In this document: positions 12,255 to 23,311 of the stretch, in pieces
Position numbering within the stretch: the first letter of the stretch is position 1
Layout: each line of letters begins with the position of its first letter
NCBI GenBank assembly: GCA_032718475.1
Contig: JAUCBJ010004046.1
Coordinates: 53,648 to 117,647 of the forward strand
DNA: 64,000 nt
Direction of reading: 5' to 3'
Source: Nemertoderma westbladi
Lineage: Eukaryota > Animalia > Xenacoelomorpha
Program-made: the position numbers and the translations under genes
Notes under the pieces: generated by a model
What the model was told of the DNA's origin: nothing
The model's database searches: none
What the model saw: the letters and a program-made list of their open reading frames with translations, nothing else

Positions 12255-12468
12255 GTGCTTTGGCAGCCTCATGGAGTGAATAAGCATGGTGGACAGCCCA
12301 TAACTTTCTTGAGACGCATCTTAAAGGATACTGGCCTTGAAGATGCGGAAGATCTAGCAAATGTCATGGGTGATAGGGAGTTGTGGCGGTGCAATTTTGT
12401 CGACAAGCCGGCACAGCATTCTTACTATGTAATATAAATGCAGCATGCCGATCGTAGTAGTAGTAGTA
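12255..12468 (+). mobile_element. Short 5'-truncated copy (3' end) of the RTE-type LINE at 28165-30023
   Basis: The translation LWQPHGVNKHGGQPITFLRRILKDTGLEDAEDLANVMGDRELWRCNFVDKPAQHS is nearly identical to the C-terminus of ORF 28213-29955. It has the same 3' UTR (atgcagcatgccgatc) and (TAG)n tail. Confidence 0.92.
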
Positions 12469-13359
12469 TAGTGTATTACGGTGTCGTTATGTTTGTGTTT
12501 AGTGGAATACAGATAGGGGCCGGGGACTATCGACGCCATCAATATTCATCCCTCTCCAGGGGAAATTCGACGCAAATAATAGCTGAACTTTTTCATGTTC
12601 TATTGTCTCTCGTTTATTGTTTTGGTTAGAATAGCGCCACACTGTAACCTGCTCCTTTACAAAAATTGATTATTTCACATTGAGGCGAGCTATTAATTTG
12701 ACAAGATGGGATTTGAGTCCAGTTTCCCCCCTGTCTCGAAGTGTAATATATAAACCTCTAAATTTAATTATCGAAATATAATTGAAATTAATTGATGTTG
12801 TATAAATAGCAGAAAATATCTTGCGCAGTGTTTTTTTGGCGATAAATATAGCGCCACCGCCATAGCACACGGCAGTGACGCCATTGGCAGGACGCTCGAA
12901 TTCTCCGAGATTAGCCCTGTATAACTATCTGCTAACAGTACAGCTCTGCCTGTCAAAAGTTGATTGTTAATTAACTGCATGGTCTCAATCTATTTCGAAA
13001 TTATTATCAATAAATTTATTGAAATTAAGTTGTGGTTTCCAATCAATTAATTAATTATTGTAATTGTTAATTTCACAAATCAATTATTTAATTTAATAAT
13101 TAAATCAGTTCATCATTAAATTAATTATGTTAGTGAAATTTATAAATTAAAATAGTGATTTCTAAATTTTTTAAATTTGTTTAGAAATATTTCTAAAACT
13201 AAAAATTTAAAATAACAAATTTAAAATTAAAATTTTACTTTATACAGAGTTTGAAATAGAAACACCTATAAATCAGAATTTAACATTCAGATATAAGACA
13301 TATTTATCTTTGTTTGTTCATTCAACAATATCGAACCCTCAAATTCGTCAAAAAAAATC

Positions 13360-14220
13360 AGTTTTAGTTCTTGTTTCAGTTCCAATCAGTTCCAGTTCCC
13401 AAAAATATATAGTTTCAGTTCCATTTTCAGAAAGTTTTGCAAGTGTCTTGTTTACACACCGGTACATAACAAGCTGCTGTGGCCAATCGTGTGGTACCCA
13501 GCCACCGATGGATCCGACTGCCATTTATTACATTTTTAATGAAAATAACCGGAATTTTTAGCTGCAAAAACGTAATTGTTAGGTTTACAATTACGTATTA
13601 CTTGAAAATAAAATATATATTTGAGTAATTCAATTCCGAAAGGTGCTAAAATTGGTGCCAGGAACTACTCATCTCGAAAACTACTGGAGCTATTAGTATT
13701 TTTATTTGCATCATCTGAAAGAGGACCTAATTTAGTTAGGGTCAAGTACTTTCGACGTGCCTGACCTATTGTTTTAGAGATTCTAACTAAGATAGGCCTA
13801 TTTAACTGCCCCACTAAATTTATGAACTTTGCAGCGATTTGGCTGTTCGATCTATAATAGGTGCAAGACCTCCTCTAGATACGAACAACGAATTGCAACA
13901 TAATAAAGCAAATTACATTTATTCATTAAAGAAACGAAATAGTATTTATGAACACTAAAAACGCGAATTTTAAATTTGTTCTTATTCCCAATTTATAGAT
14001 TATACTTAATTCAGTTTTAAATTTCTGCATTTCAGTTCCAGTATTCCAAGATAACAAGTTCTAGTTTCAGTTTAAAAAAAATTTATGTTTCAGTTCTAGT
14101 TTCAGTTTCAGTTTAAAAAAATTTATGTTTCAGTTATAGTTTCAGTTCCAGTTCACAAAAATTGCCAAAAACAATTTCAGTTCGATTTCAGTTCCAGTTC
14201 AATTTCAGTTCGCTGCACTA
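13360..14220. mobile_element. Possible degenerate non-autonomous DNA transposon with (ttcagtt/ccagtt)n subterminal repeats
   Basis: Clusters of ttcagtt(c) motifs occur at 13360-13430 and 14030-14210. The stretch ends in cgctgcacta. No matching left TIR was confirmed. Confidence 0.3.
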
Positions 14221-14654
14221 ATCATCACAGTCTAAGAGAGTTTGACTGACATTTCCGTAATTTAAAGTCTTTTTATAGTACTTTTAGTGGAAACATGAAA
14301 AATAATGACTGGGGTTTATTAGGTACAGTTAGCTGAGGGTAGTCGGTCATAGTAGAAGGGACCAAGTGCGACCGGGTGGTAATCCTACCGGGAACTTCAG
14401 GCATTCAATAGGACATGGGTGAATGAAAACGGCTACCGTACCTTAGAACGCTTAGAAGTGAATAAAAATGCATTTGCAAATAATTAAGGGTGTTTTTTTT
14501 TTATTTAGAAAGCCGTTTAAGTTCTATATTTTTATGCCTTTCGAAGAGTTTGTTATGACTGTATGATAAAATAAAATCACCAATAATCTGCCTATATCTG
14601 CCTATTGATTGTTACTGAAGTTGAAAAGTTAATTTAGAATCGTGTTAATAATTT

Positions 14655-14690
14655 GAATCAAATTTCCCTCCATGGAGGGAAATTTGATTC
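14655..14690. repeat. Perfect 36-bp palindrome
   Basis: gaatcaaatttccctcca|tggagggaaatttgattc, with no spacer. Confidence 0.95.
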
Positions 14691-14696
14691 GGAAGG

Positions 14697-14944
14697 AAGG
14701 AATACTCCACCTCATTGGTGGGTGATGGTCACAGTAGAAAGGGACAACGAAAAAAAAATATATATATGAAAAGATATATGCGTTGATAGTTTTCGTTGTT
14801 GAAATTCAATTAAATGCTTATTATTCTTGCTACATAAAGAACTGCATTTCTTTATGTAACAAGAATAATAAGCATTTAATTTAATTTCAACAACAAAAAC
14901 TTTCAACTGTGACTATCACCCACCAATAAGGTGGAGTATTCCTT
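14697..14944. mobile_element. MITE-like element with ~45-bp terminal inverted repeats
   Basis: aaggaatactccacctcattggtgggtgatggtcacagt ... actgtgactatcacccaccaataaggtggagtattcctt. Confidence 0.75.
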
Positions 14945-15491
14945 ACCAATAGATGGCTTTAGTTTACCAAAGCTGTATATATTAAATTCAGTAGTACCGT
15001 TAGGCCTAATTAGTTGAAAATTTAGATTTATGATTACAGGTTGTACCGTATGTTTGAAAAGTAGAAAGCAAGCAATACTAACAGCACAGTATTGCGTGCC
15101 TATACTTTTCACATTCTCAATTCATTCGCCATTGAGCAAATTATTTTGGTTTCCTAATTAAAGTTTAGATTTTCTAAAATTTTTTCTCACCGTTTAGAAA
15201 CTTTTCACAGTGGACATTTTAAAAAAAAAAACCTGAATTAAATTTTAATTGAAATTTTTTCGTTAAGTTTCAATATTCCATTCAAATTTTATAGATTTAA
15301 ATGTAAAATATGTCACAAAACACTACCCCCCCCCCCCCCCCCCCACCCCTTTTCTCCTAGTGAGAGTGGGATGCATTTTGATTGCGTCGAAAGCCCGTCC
15401 CCCATACCCTATCCACCCCCTGAATTGAATAACATTTATTTATTTATTAAACAAGGTAATTACTGGTAACATAATTAATTTAATTCACCAG

Positions 15492-15588
15492 ATGCGATGT
15501 GTACGTGGCTGGTCAGTATGTCGGCAGTGGCGATGGGGATTCTCAGAAAACTGCGAAACTTTTAGCGGCGGAATCTGCGATGGTTGAG
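15492..15588 (+). CDS. NKRF: NKRF-like gene, exon encoding the C-terminal half of a dsRBD (not in the ORF track)
   Basis: Acceptor ttcaccag|A (phase 2). The exon translates (R)CDVYVAGQYVGSGDGDSQKTAKLLAAESAMVE, matching the dsRBD G-x-G-x-S-x-K-x-A-K-x2-AA pattern. Donor GAG|GTATCT (phase 0). Confidence 0.85.
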
Positions 15589-15809
15589 GTATCTGTTTAA
15601 TTTGTATTCTTTGTATTGAAACTCAATTTTAATGTAAAAATATCATTATCCGGTAGCTTTTCTTTGTGTTTCATATATTATGAAAAACTGGACATGATTC
15701 TGGGGCTGATATACAAAAACGTGGACAAACCAGATATATAGGCAGTTATATATAGTTTTTAGTAAAAAAAAATGAATATTATTCGATAAAAAAAATAGTA
15801 AGCGGAAAA

Positions 15810-16003
15810 CACCGCTTTTTCTCACTCATTTTCAATTTAGCGAAGTTCAACTATTCTGTCCGAGTGGTTGAGTTTTACACGAGTTGGCTTGGCAGGTTTT
15901 TATCACGAGCGAAGCGAGTATTAAATTGCCAATGAGTGTAAAACTCAACACACAACGGCAGAATAACTGAATTTTGCTAAAGAAAATATGAGATAAATTG
16001 TTT
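15810..16003. mobile_element. Palindromic MITE-like element with a central cgagcgaagcgag motif; a related short palindrome lies at ~17115-17178
   Basis: Arms gttgagttttacac / gtgtaaaactcaac and ttagcgaagttca / tgaattttgctaa surround the centre at ~15905-15918. Confidence 0.55.
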
Positions 16004-16223
16004 CGGTATTACAGGTCACGGTTACGATTAATTTTTCAGAATATTTGCGCGAATTCGAAAAATTAAAGATTTTTCAGTGTAGACAGTCAATGTGTAAGTT
16101 GGGCATTTAAATTCTATAATGTTAATGTTAACTAACCGGTGGGGTGCAGGAGTCCAGTCCACTAACTAGGCTGATTGAAACCGCCGTAAACGACAGTTTT
16201 TTTTTATATTTTACTTTTTACAG

Positions 16224-16409
16224 TACATTCGGCCGCGATTCCCGGTGATTCGAGAATCCAAGAGTTGGAAATATAACGACGCTACGGCGATAGATAAAGG
16301 AATTCTAAACAACAAGGCGAATCCGTCGCTCGCTGAGGATAATAAGGGGATGCAGATGATGAAACGGATGGGGTGGAGTAGAGATGAAAGTCAGCAGAAA
16401 GTTATTGAG
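16224..16409 (+). CDS. NKRF: NKRF-like gene, exon with the N-terminal half of the G-patch
   Basis: Strong acceptor ttacttttttacag| (phase 0). The exon encodes LAEDNKGMQMMKRMGWS, the G-patch helix. Donor GAG|GTAAGG (phase 0). Confidence 0.88.
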
Positions 16410-17780
16410 GTAAGGGGATACAATTAACTGAAGTTGACGATTTCAGGACAATAAAGAGCGAAAGAGTCGAACTATTGAGTGCACTGTAGGGATGCAACAG
16501 ATCGCCCGAAATGCGGAGCTCCGGGCCAATTTTCTGGCTCCGGTTCTGGTTCCGGCTCCGGGCAAATTGATCCGCAGCCAATCCGGAGCTTATGTTGTTG
16601 AAATTCGGATTAAAAATAATACGTTTGTTCTCAAGGTGTTACTTTTTCGCTCGAATAATTTACCACAGAATCAGGAGAAATAGGAGTACTTTTTCCCTAG
16701 GGAGAAAAAGTATTCAATAGGGTTGCATTTATTTTTCTTTTTTTCCTGGCGAAAAAAGTCAAATAAAGTATTTTTGTTAGAATTTATTAAGTTTTGATAC
16801 ATCGAAGTAGAAAAGGTTTGGAAGTAATTTGAGAAAAATCCTTCACGCACTCAAAAGTTACTGCAGCTTTAGTGTCTGCGCGGCGAACTCCAAAACGGAA
16901 CTCAATATCCAATATTGGTTTATGGTGTTAAGCGGCTCTCGAGTTACGTAATAAATATTCGAGAACACTAAATTATTTAACATTGATTAAGGCAGCATCA
17001 TGAGTTGAAGAGTACAATAATTGGAATCGCAGTAACTATGGAAGCGATATAGTAAAATACTGTACAGTTCAATCAAAAAAATACCAATTTAAGAATAAAA
17101 TTACGGTACGTTACAATAATTCTCGACCCTTTATTAACCTCGCTGACGCTCGGTAAATAAAATGCCTCGAGAATTAATAGTGAAAAAAAGTTCTACTTAT
17201 TTTCCCATGTAATAAATAAGTTTTAGGAATAATGTAAATATCATAGTAGTTAAGTAGTTAACATATAGGCCTAATCAAGTGGTGGATGCTGATTGGTTAC
17301 AGCTTGTTTTTCTTAAATTCCTGAAACCGTTGTGAAATTGTTTAAGGTGGGGGGGGGGGGGGGGGTAATAACACCCCCCAATTAACTAATTAATTAATTA
17401 TCATATTTTTAATTAAAATTGGCTAATTACACAAAATGGTAATATTTATAAAAATTCCATAATAACTTTTAAAGGGCCGCCAAAGATCGTTCGAATGAGC
17501 CATAAACTAAGAAAATTAGTTGAAATTTTTTTTCATCACAGATAGCCATTTGGGTGCTTCATCATTGTACAGCAGCTATTAGGTTTCTTCATTAGAACCA
17601 CCAGATATTTCGATAATTGCGGAGACGCAGCGACCTATCGATGGAGTAATTAAATGCTCTAGTGAATTTAGTTTATTGTTTTGGTTGCCGCGCCATGTGA
17701 AAAGACCGTAAAGTCAAAAAATGTAATTTCGAGTAAAACGCAAATTACTGTTTGCCTCCAGACTGTAGGTTTAAAGTCAA

Positions 17781-20700
17781 TTTTTATGTTCGGTAGAGTC
17801 CCTAGTCTGTCTGACTATTGAGTCTGGCTGTCTGTCTACAGTGATAACTTGAAAACTAAAAGCGATCTCTGTTAAAGCACTTAAGAAGGAATTATCATAG
17901 TAAACAGTTAGGGTAGGATGGGTTTACCTCAGGTGAGCAAGCGTTCACCCATTAGAGCGGGTAGGATGGGTTGACCTCAGGTGAGAAAGCGTTCACCCAT
18001 TAGAGCGGGTAGGATGGGTTGACCTCAGGTGAGCAAGCGTTCACCCATCAGAGCGGGTAGGATGGGTTGACCTCAGGTGAGCAAGCGTTCACCCATCAGA
18101 GCGTGTAGGATGGGTTGACCTCAGCTGAGCAAGCGTTCACCCCTCAGAGCGTGTAGGATGGGTTGAACTCAGGTGAGCAAGCGTTCACCCATCAGAGCGG
18201 GTAGGATGGGTTGACCTCAGGTGAGCAAGCGTTCACCCATCAGAGCGTGTAGGATGGGTTGACCTCAGGTGAGCAAGCGTTCACCCATCAGAGCGGGTAG
18301 GATGGGTTGACCTCAGGTGAGCAAGCGTTCACCCATCAGAGCGTGTAGGATGGGTTGACCTCAGGTGAGCAACCGTTCACCCATCAGAGCGTGTAGGATG
18401 GGTTGAACTCAGGTGAGCAAGCGTTCACCCAACAGAGCGGGTAGGATGGGTTGACCTCAGCTGAGCAAGCGTTCACCCATCCGAGCGGGTAGGATGGGTT
18501 GACCTCAGGTGAGCAAGCGTTCACCCATCAGAGCGGGTAGGATGGGTTGACCTCAGCTGAGCAAGCGTTCACCCATCAGAGCGGGTAGGATGGGTTGACC
18601 TCAGGTGAGCAAGCGTTCGCCCATCAGAGCGTGTAGGATGGGTTGAACTCAGGTGAGCAAGCGTTCACCCATCAGAGCGGGTAGGATGGGTTGACCTCAG
18701 GTGAGCAAGCGTTCACCCATCAGAGCGTGTAGGATGGGTTGACCTCAGCTGAGCAAGCGTTCACCCATCAGAGCAGGTAGGATGGGTTGACCTCAGCTGA
18801 GCAAGCGTTCACCCATCAGAGCGGGTAGGATGGGTTGACCTCAGCTGAGCAAGCGTTCACGCATCAGAGCGGGTAGGATGGGTTGACCTCAGGTGAGCAA
18901 GCGTTCACCCATCAGAGCGGGTAGGATGGGTTGACCTCAGCTGAGCAAGCGTTCACCCATCAGAGCGGGTAGGATGGGTTGACCTCAGCTGAGCAAGCGT
19001 TCACCCCTCAGAGCGTGTAGGATGGGTTGAACTCAGGTGAGCAAGCGTTCACCCATCAGAGCGTGTAGGATGGGTTGACCTCAGGTGAGCAAGCGTTCAC
19101 CCATCAGAGCGGGTAGGATGGGTTGACCTCAGGTGAGCAAGCGTTCACCCATCAGAGCGGGTAGGATGGGTTGACCTCAGCTGAGCAAGCGTTCACCCAT
19201 CAGAGCGGGTAGGATGGGTTGACCTCAGCTGAGCAAGCGTTCACCCCTCAGAGCGTGTAGGATGGGTTGAACTCAGGTGAGCAAGCGTTCACCCATCAGA
19301 GCGTGTAGGATGGGTTGACCTCAGGTGAGCAAGCGTTCACCCATCAGAGCGGGTAGGATGGGTTGACCTCAGGTGAGCAAGCGTTCACCCATCAGAGCGG
19401 GTAGGATGGGTTGACCTCAGCTAAGCAAGCGTTCACCCCTCAGAGCGTGTAGGATGGGTTGAACTCAGGTGAGCAAGCGTTCACCCATCAGAGCGTGTAG
19501 GATGGGTTGACCTCAGGTGAGCAAGCGTTCACCCATCAGAGCGGGTAGGATGGGTTGACCTCAGGTGAGCAAGCGTTCACCCATCAGAGCGTGTAGGATG
19601 GGTTGACCTCAGGTGAGCAAACGTTCACCCATCAGAGCGGGTAGGATGGGTTGACCTCAGGTGAGCAAGCGTTCACCCATCAGAGCGGGTAGGATAGGTT
19701 GACCTCAGGTGAGCAAGCGTTCACCCATCAGAGCGGGTAGGATGGGTTGACCTCAGGTGAGCAAGCGTTCACCCATCAGAGCGTGTAGGATGGGTTGAAC
19801 TCAGGTGAGCAAGCGTTCACCCATCAGAGCGGGTAGGATGGGTTGACCTCAGGTGAGCAAGCGTTCACCCATCAGAGCGTGTAGGATGGGTTGACCTCAG
19901 GTGAGCAAGCGTTCACCCATCAGAGCGGGTAGGATGGGTTGACCTCAGCTGAGCAAGCGTTCACCCCTCAGAGCGTGTAGGATGGGTTGAACTCAGGTGA
20001 GCAAGCGTTCACCCATCAGAGCGTGTAGGATGGGTTGACCTCAGGTGAGCAAGCGTTTACCCCTCAGAGCGTGTAGGATGGCTTGAACTCAGGTGAGCAA
20101 GCGTTCACCCATCAGAGCGTGTAGGATGGGTTGACCTCAGGTGAGCAAGCGTTCACCCATCAGAGCGGGTAGGATGGGTTGACCTCAGCTGAGCAAGCGT
20201 TCACCCATCAGAGCGGGTAGGATGGGTTGACCTCAGCTGAGCAAGCGTTCACCCCTCAGAGCGTGTAGGATGGGTTGACCTCAGCTGAGCAAGCGTTCAC
20301 CCATCAGAGCGGGTAGGATGGGTTGACCTCAGCTGAGCAAGCGTTCACCCCTCAGAGCGTGTAGGATGGGTTGAACTCAGGTGAGCAAGCGTTCACCCAT
20401 CAGAGCGTGTAGGATGGGTTGACCTCAGGTGAGCAAGCGTTCACCCATCAGAGCGGGTAGGATGGGTTGACCTCAGCTGAGCAAGCGTTCACCCATCAGA
20501 GCGGGTAGGATGGGTTGACCTCAGCTGAGCAAGCGTTCACCCATCAGAGCGGGTAGGATGGGTTGACCTCAGCTGAGCAAGCGTTCACCCATCAGAGCGG
20601 GTAGGATGGGTTGACCTCAGCTGAGCAAGCGTTCACCCCTCAGAGCGTGTAGGATGGGTTGAACTCAGGTGAGCAAGCGTTCACCCATCAGAGCGTGTAG

Positions 20701-21552
20701 GATGGGTTGACCTCAGGTGAGCAAGCGTTCACCCATCAGAGCGGGTAGGATGGGTTGACCTCAGGTGAGCAAGCGTTCACCCATCAGAGCGTGTAGGATG
20801 GGTTGACCTCAGGTGAGCAAGCGTTCACCCATCAGAGCGGGTAGGATGGGTTGACCTCAGCTGAGCAAGCGTTCACCCATCAGAGCGGGTAGGATGGGTT
20901 GACCTCAGCTGAGCAAGCGTTCACCCATCAGAGCGGGTAGGATGGGTTGACCTCAGCTGAGCAAGCGTTCACCCATCAGAGCGGGTAGGATGGGTTGACC
21001 TCAGCTGAGCAAGCGTTCACCCCTCAGAGCGTGTAGGATGGGTTGACCTCAGGTGAGCAAGCGTTCACCCATCAGAGCGGGTAGGATGGGTTGACCTCAG
21101 CTGAGCAAGCGTACACCCATCAGAGCGGGTAGGATGGGTTGACCACAGGTGAGCAAGCGTTCTCCCAACAGAGCGGGTAGGATGGGTTGACCTCAGCTGA
21201 GCAAGCGTTCACCCATCAGAGCGGGTAGGATGGGTTGACCTCAGCTGAGCAAGCGTACACCCATCAGAGCGGGTAGGATGGGTTGACCACAGGTGAGCAA
21301 GCGTTCTCCCATCAGAGCTTCTTCGGGTGATTATTCAATATGCATATAACCACAGATCTCGCCCAGCTGTTTTCAGATTTTAAATCCTCATTAAATTTTG
21401 CTCTAATTCCGTAGCATAGCGATATGGGGATAAAACGCCGCAAGTCATTTGGTGAAATTTCAATTTTGAATTTCGCGCCTTTTCTGCTAATAGTAAAAAG
21501 CCGTAAGTCAAATGACACAAAATTCATTAACCGAATATGTGCGTTTTCTAAC
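17781..21552. mobile_element. Helentron/DINE-like non-autonomous element hosting the 48-bp satellite
   Basis: A T-run is followed by atgttcggt (17786-17794), with its near reverse complement accgaatat at 21530-21538. The (gtct)n microsatellite, a gataacttgaaaact block and a central tandem array follow the layout of HINE/DINE-1-type elements. Confidence 0.45.
17911..21318. repeat. 48-bp tandem satellite, 71 copies, intronic
   Basis: The unit is gggtaggatgggttgacctcaggtgagcaagcgttcacccatcagagc. 3408 bp / 48 = 71 copies. There are no spacers and only a few variable positions. Confidence 0.97.
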
Positions 21553-22294
21553 TATCTATGCAATGACTAAACACCGCAATTCTAAACTTACGGTATTTTT
21601 TACATAAATTTAAGTAGTTGCGGTCTTTTTCCTTTGTAACACTATACGTATATGTTGTGACGTACGGCCTTTCTACATTGCATATCTCGACAACTAGAGT
21701 AGATACGGTGTTCTCGATTATATATACCATTAGATAGAGAGCGTTTTATAGACTCAGAAAAAGTGAATTTTGGAAAAATGCGACTTGCGGTATTTTTACA
21801 TTGCACGGCAGGACTGTTCATTTCCCTTAATTGGTAATTTAACATTGAGGCGAGATATTAATAGTCCGAAAAATAATTTGCGTAACCCCCCCCCCCCCCC
21901 CCCCATCTGTATTACTATAAAATACATTGGAAATATCAATCCCCAAATCTCCGGCTCCGTTTTTTGTCAAAATTATAAACAAGCTAATAAAAAAAATAAA
22001 AATAATTATATACCCGATATTCAAATATTATTGTTTGCGTTAAGAGATTTCAGTGCGTTATGGTCGTGTTGTCACCTTTGCACACAGTCTGCATTTAATC
22101 CATCAGTCTGATACTCAATGGGTCAGTTTTTATTTTTTAACAATTTTTTTTGAAAATTTTTCGTTTTTGTTCGATTGTTTTTAATTTGGACAAAAAAAAC
22201 ATGATACTGATGGACCACCCCCACCATGCCCGGCTCTGTTATTACATATAATTTATTCCCCTTCACTATATTTATAACCATTGTTACCCCGCAG

Positions 22295-23194
22295 CCTAGC
22301 AACGCGTTTATGTCCCGAGCGGGTCTGGGCTCCTCCGTGGTAGACGACGGTCTCCTCCGGGGTGCCGAGAGACTCTTGGAGGAGTACATCCGATCCAACC
22401 GAACCGACGACCTAACCTTCACCAAGGGGATGAGCACCGAGGAGCGAGCCCGCATCCACCGACTCTGTCGCAAGTACAACCTCAAGTCGCACTCGCACGG
22501 CACCGGGGTCGGCCGGTTCCTGGTCGTAGGGAGACGGATGACGCCCGCGGAGACCCTCAACGAGGTCGTTAAACAGGGCGGGAAGACCCCGAGGTTGGAG
22601 TTGGTCAACAGCGGGAATCAACTGGGAAACCATGACAACGACATGGGTAACCATAGCAACCATATGGGGAACTATGGAAACCAAATTGGAGACCTTGGCA
22701 AACAAATGTCTGGCCTTGGCAACCATATAGGTAACGAAGCGGTGGACAATTCATTACAAATGGGTATCCATAGCAACCGATTGTCAAGCCCTTGTAATCA
22801 ATTGAGGAACTATGGTAACCGCTTCGGCGCTCGTTGGGATCCAGATGGTCGAACTTCGGGTGGGGGCGGCTGGGCCCGAGGTGCGGGGGACAGTGCCCCT
22901 GGTGCGGGGGGCGGTGCCCGTGGTGCGGGGAGCGGTGCCCGGGGTGCGAGGGGCGGTGCCCTTGGTGCTGGGGGCGGTGCCCGTGGTGCCGGGGGCGGTG
23001 CCCGTGGTGCTGGTGGCGGTGCCCGTGGTGCTGGGGGCGGTGCCCGTGGTGCTGGGGGCGGTGCCCGGGGTGTTGGGAGCGGTGCCCTGGGGTCGTTTGG
23101 CGGTGCCCGGGGTGTTGGGGGCGGTGCCCGGGGCTCAGCATTTGGTCCAGGACGGCGACGGAGGGGCACCGGACTCGGATTCCATGGCAACTGA
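22295..23194 (+). CDS. NKRF: NKRF-like gene, last exon: G-patch end, R3H domain, GN-rich linker and GGGARGA repeat tail
   Basis: Acceptor ttaccccgcag| (phase 0). The exon encodes PSNAFMSRAGLG (G-patch end) and LTFTKGMSTEERARIHRLCRKYNLKSHSHGTGVGRFLVV (R3H). TGA is at 23192-23194. The spliced product from ATG 9887 is 784 aa. Confidence 0.9.
   Translation, partial: PSNAFMSRAGLGSSVVDDGLLRGAERLLEEYIRSNRTDDLTFTKGMSTEERARIHRLCRKYNLKSHSHGTGVGRFLVVGRRMTPAETLNEVVKQGGKTPRLELVNSGNQLGNHDNDMGNHSNHMGNYGNQIGDLGKQMSGLGNHIGNEAVDNSLQMGIHSNRLSSPCNQLRNYGNRFGARWDPDGRTSGGGGWARGAGDSAPGAGGGARGAGSGARGARGGALGAGGGARGAGGGARGAGGGARGAGGGARGAGGGARGVGSGALGSFGGARGVGGGARGSAFGPGRRRRGTGLGFHGN
22900..23135 (+). repeat. Coding 21-bp tandem repeat (GAGGGAR x ~11)
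   Basis: ggtgctgggggcggtgcccgt units lie within the last NKRF exon. Confidence 0.9.
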
Positions 23195-23311
23195 TTCTCA
23201 TCTGGGTTTTATTTTACCATAAATTATTACAGTAAATGTAATTTCAGGATACAAATAATATTTATTTGTAAAATTTAAAAATTTGTTTGTTTTACATAAT
23301 TTTGTATAATA

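Noticed and set aside
17911-21318. CRISPR array or hammerhead-ribozyme satellite
   Set aside because: The units are head-to-tail with no unique spacers and there are no cas genes. The minus strand has CTGATG but lacks the CTGATGA...GAAA hammerhead core.
22412-23235. Overlapping Pro-, His- or Cys/Trp-rich ORFs (PRAPPPA, HHGHRP, CPWCWGR)
   Set aside because: They are shadow frames of the GC-rich 21-bp repeat in the last NKRF exon.
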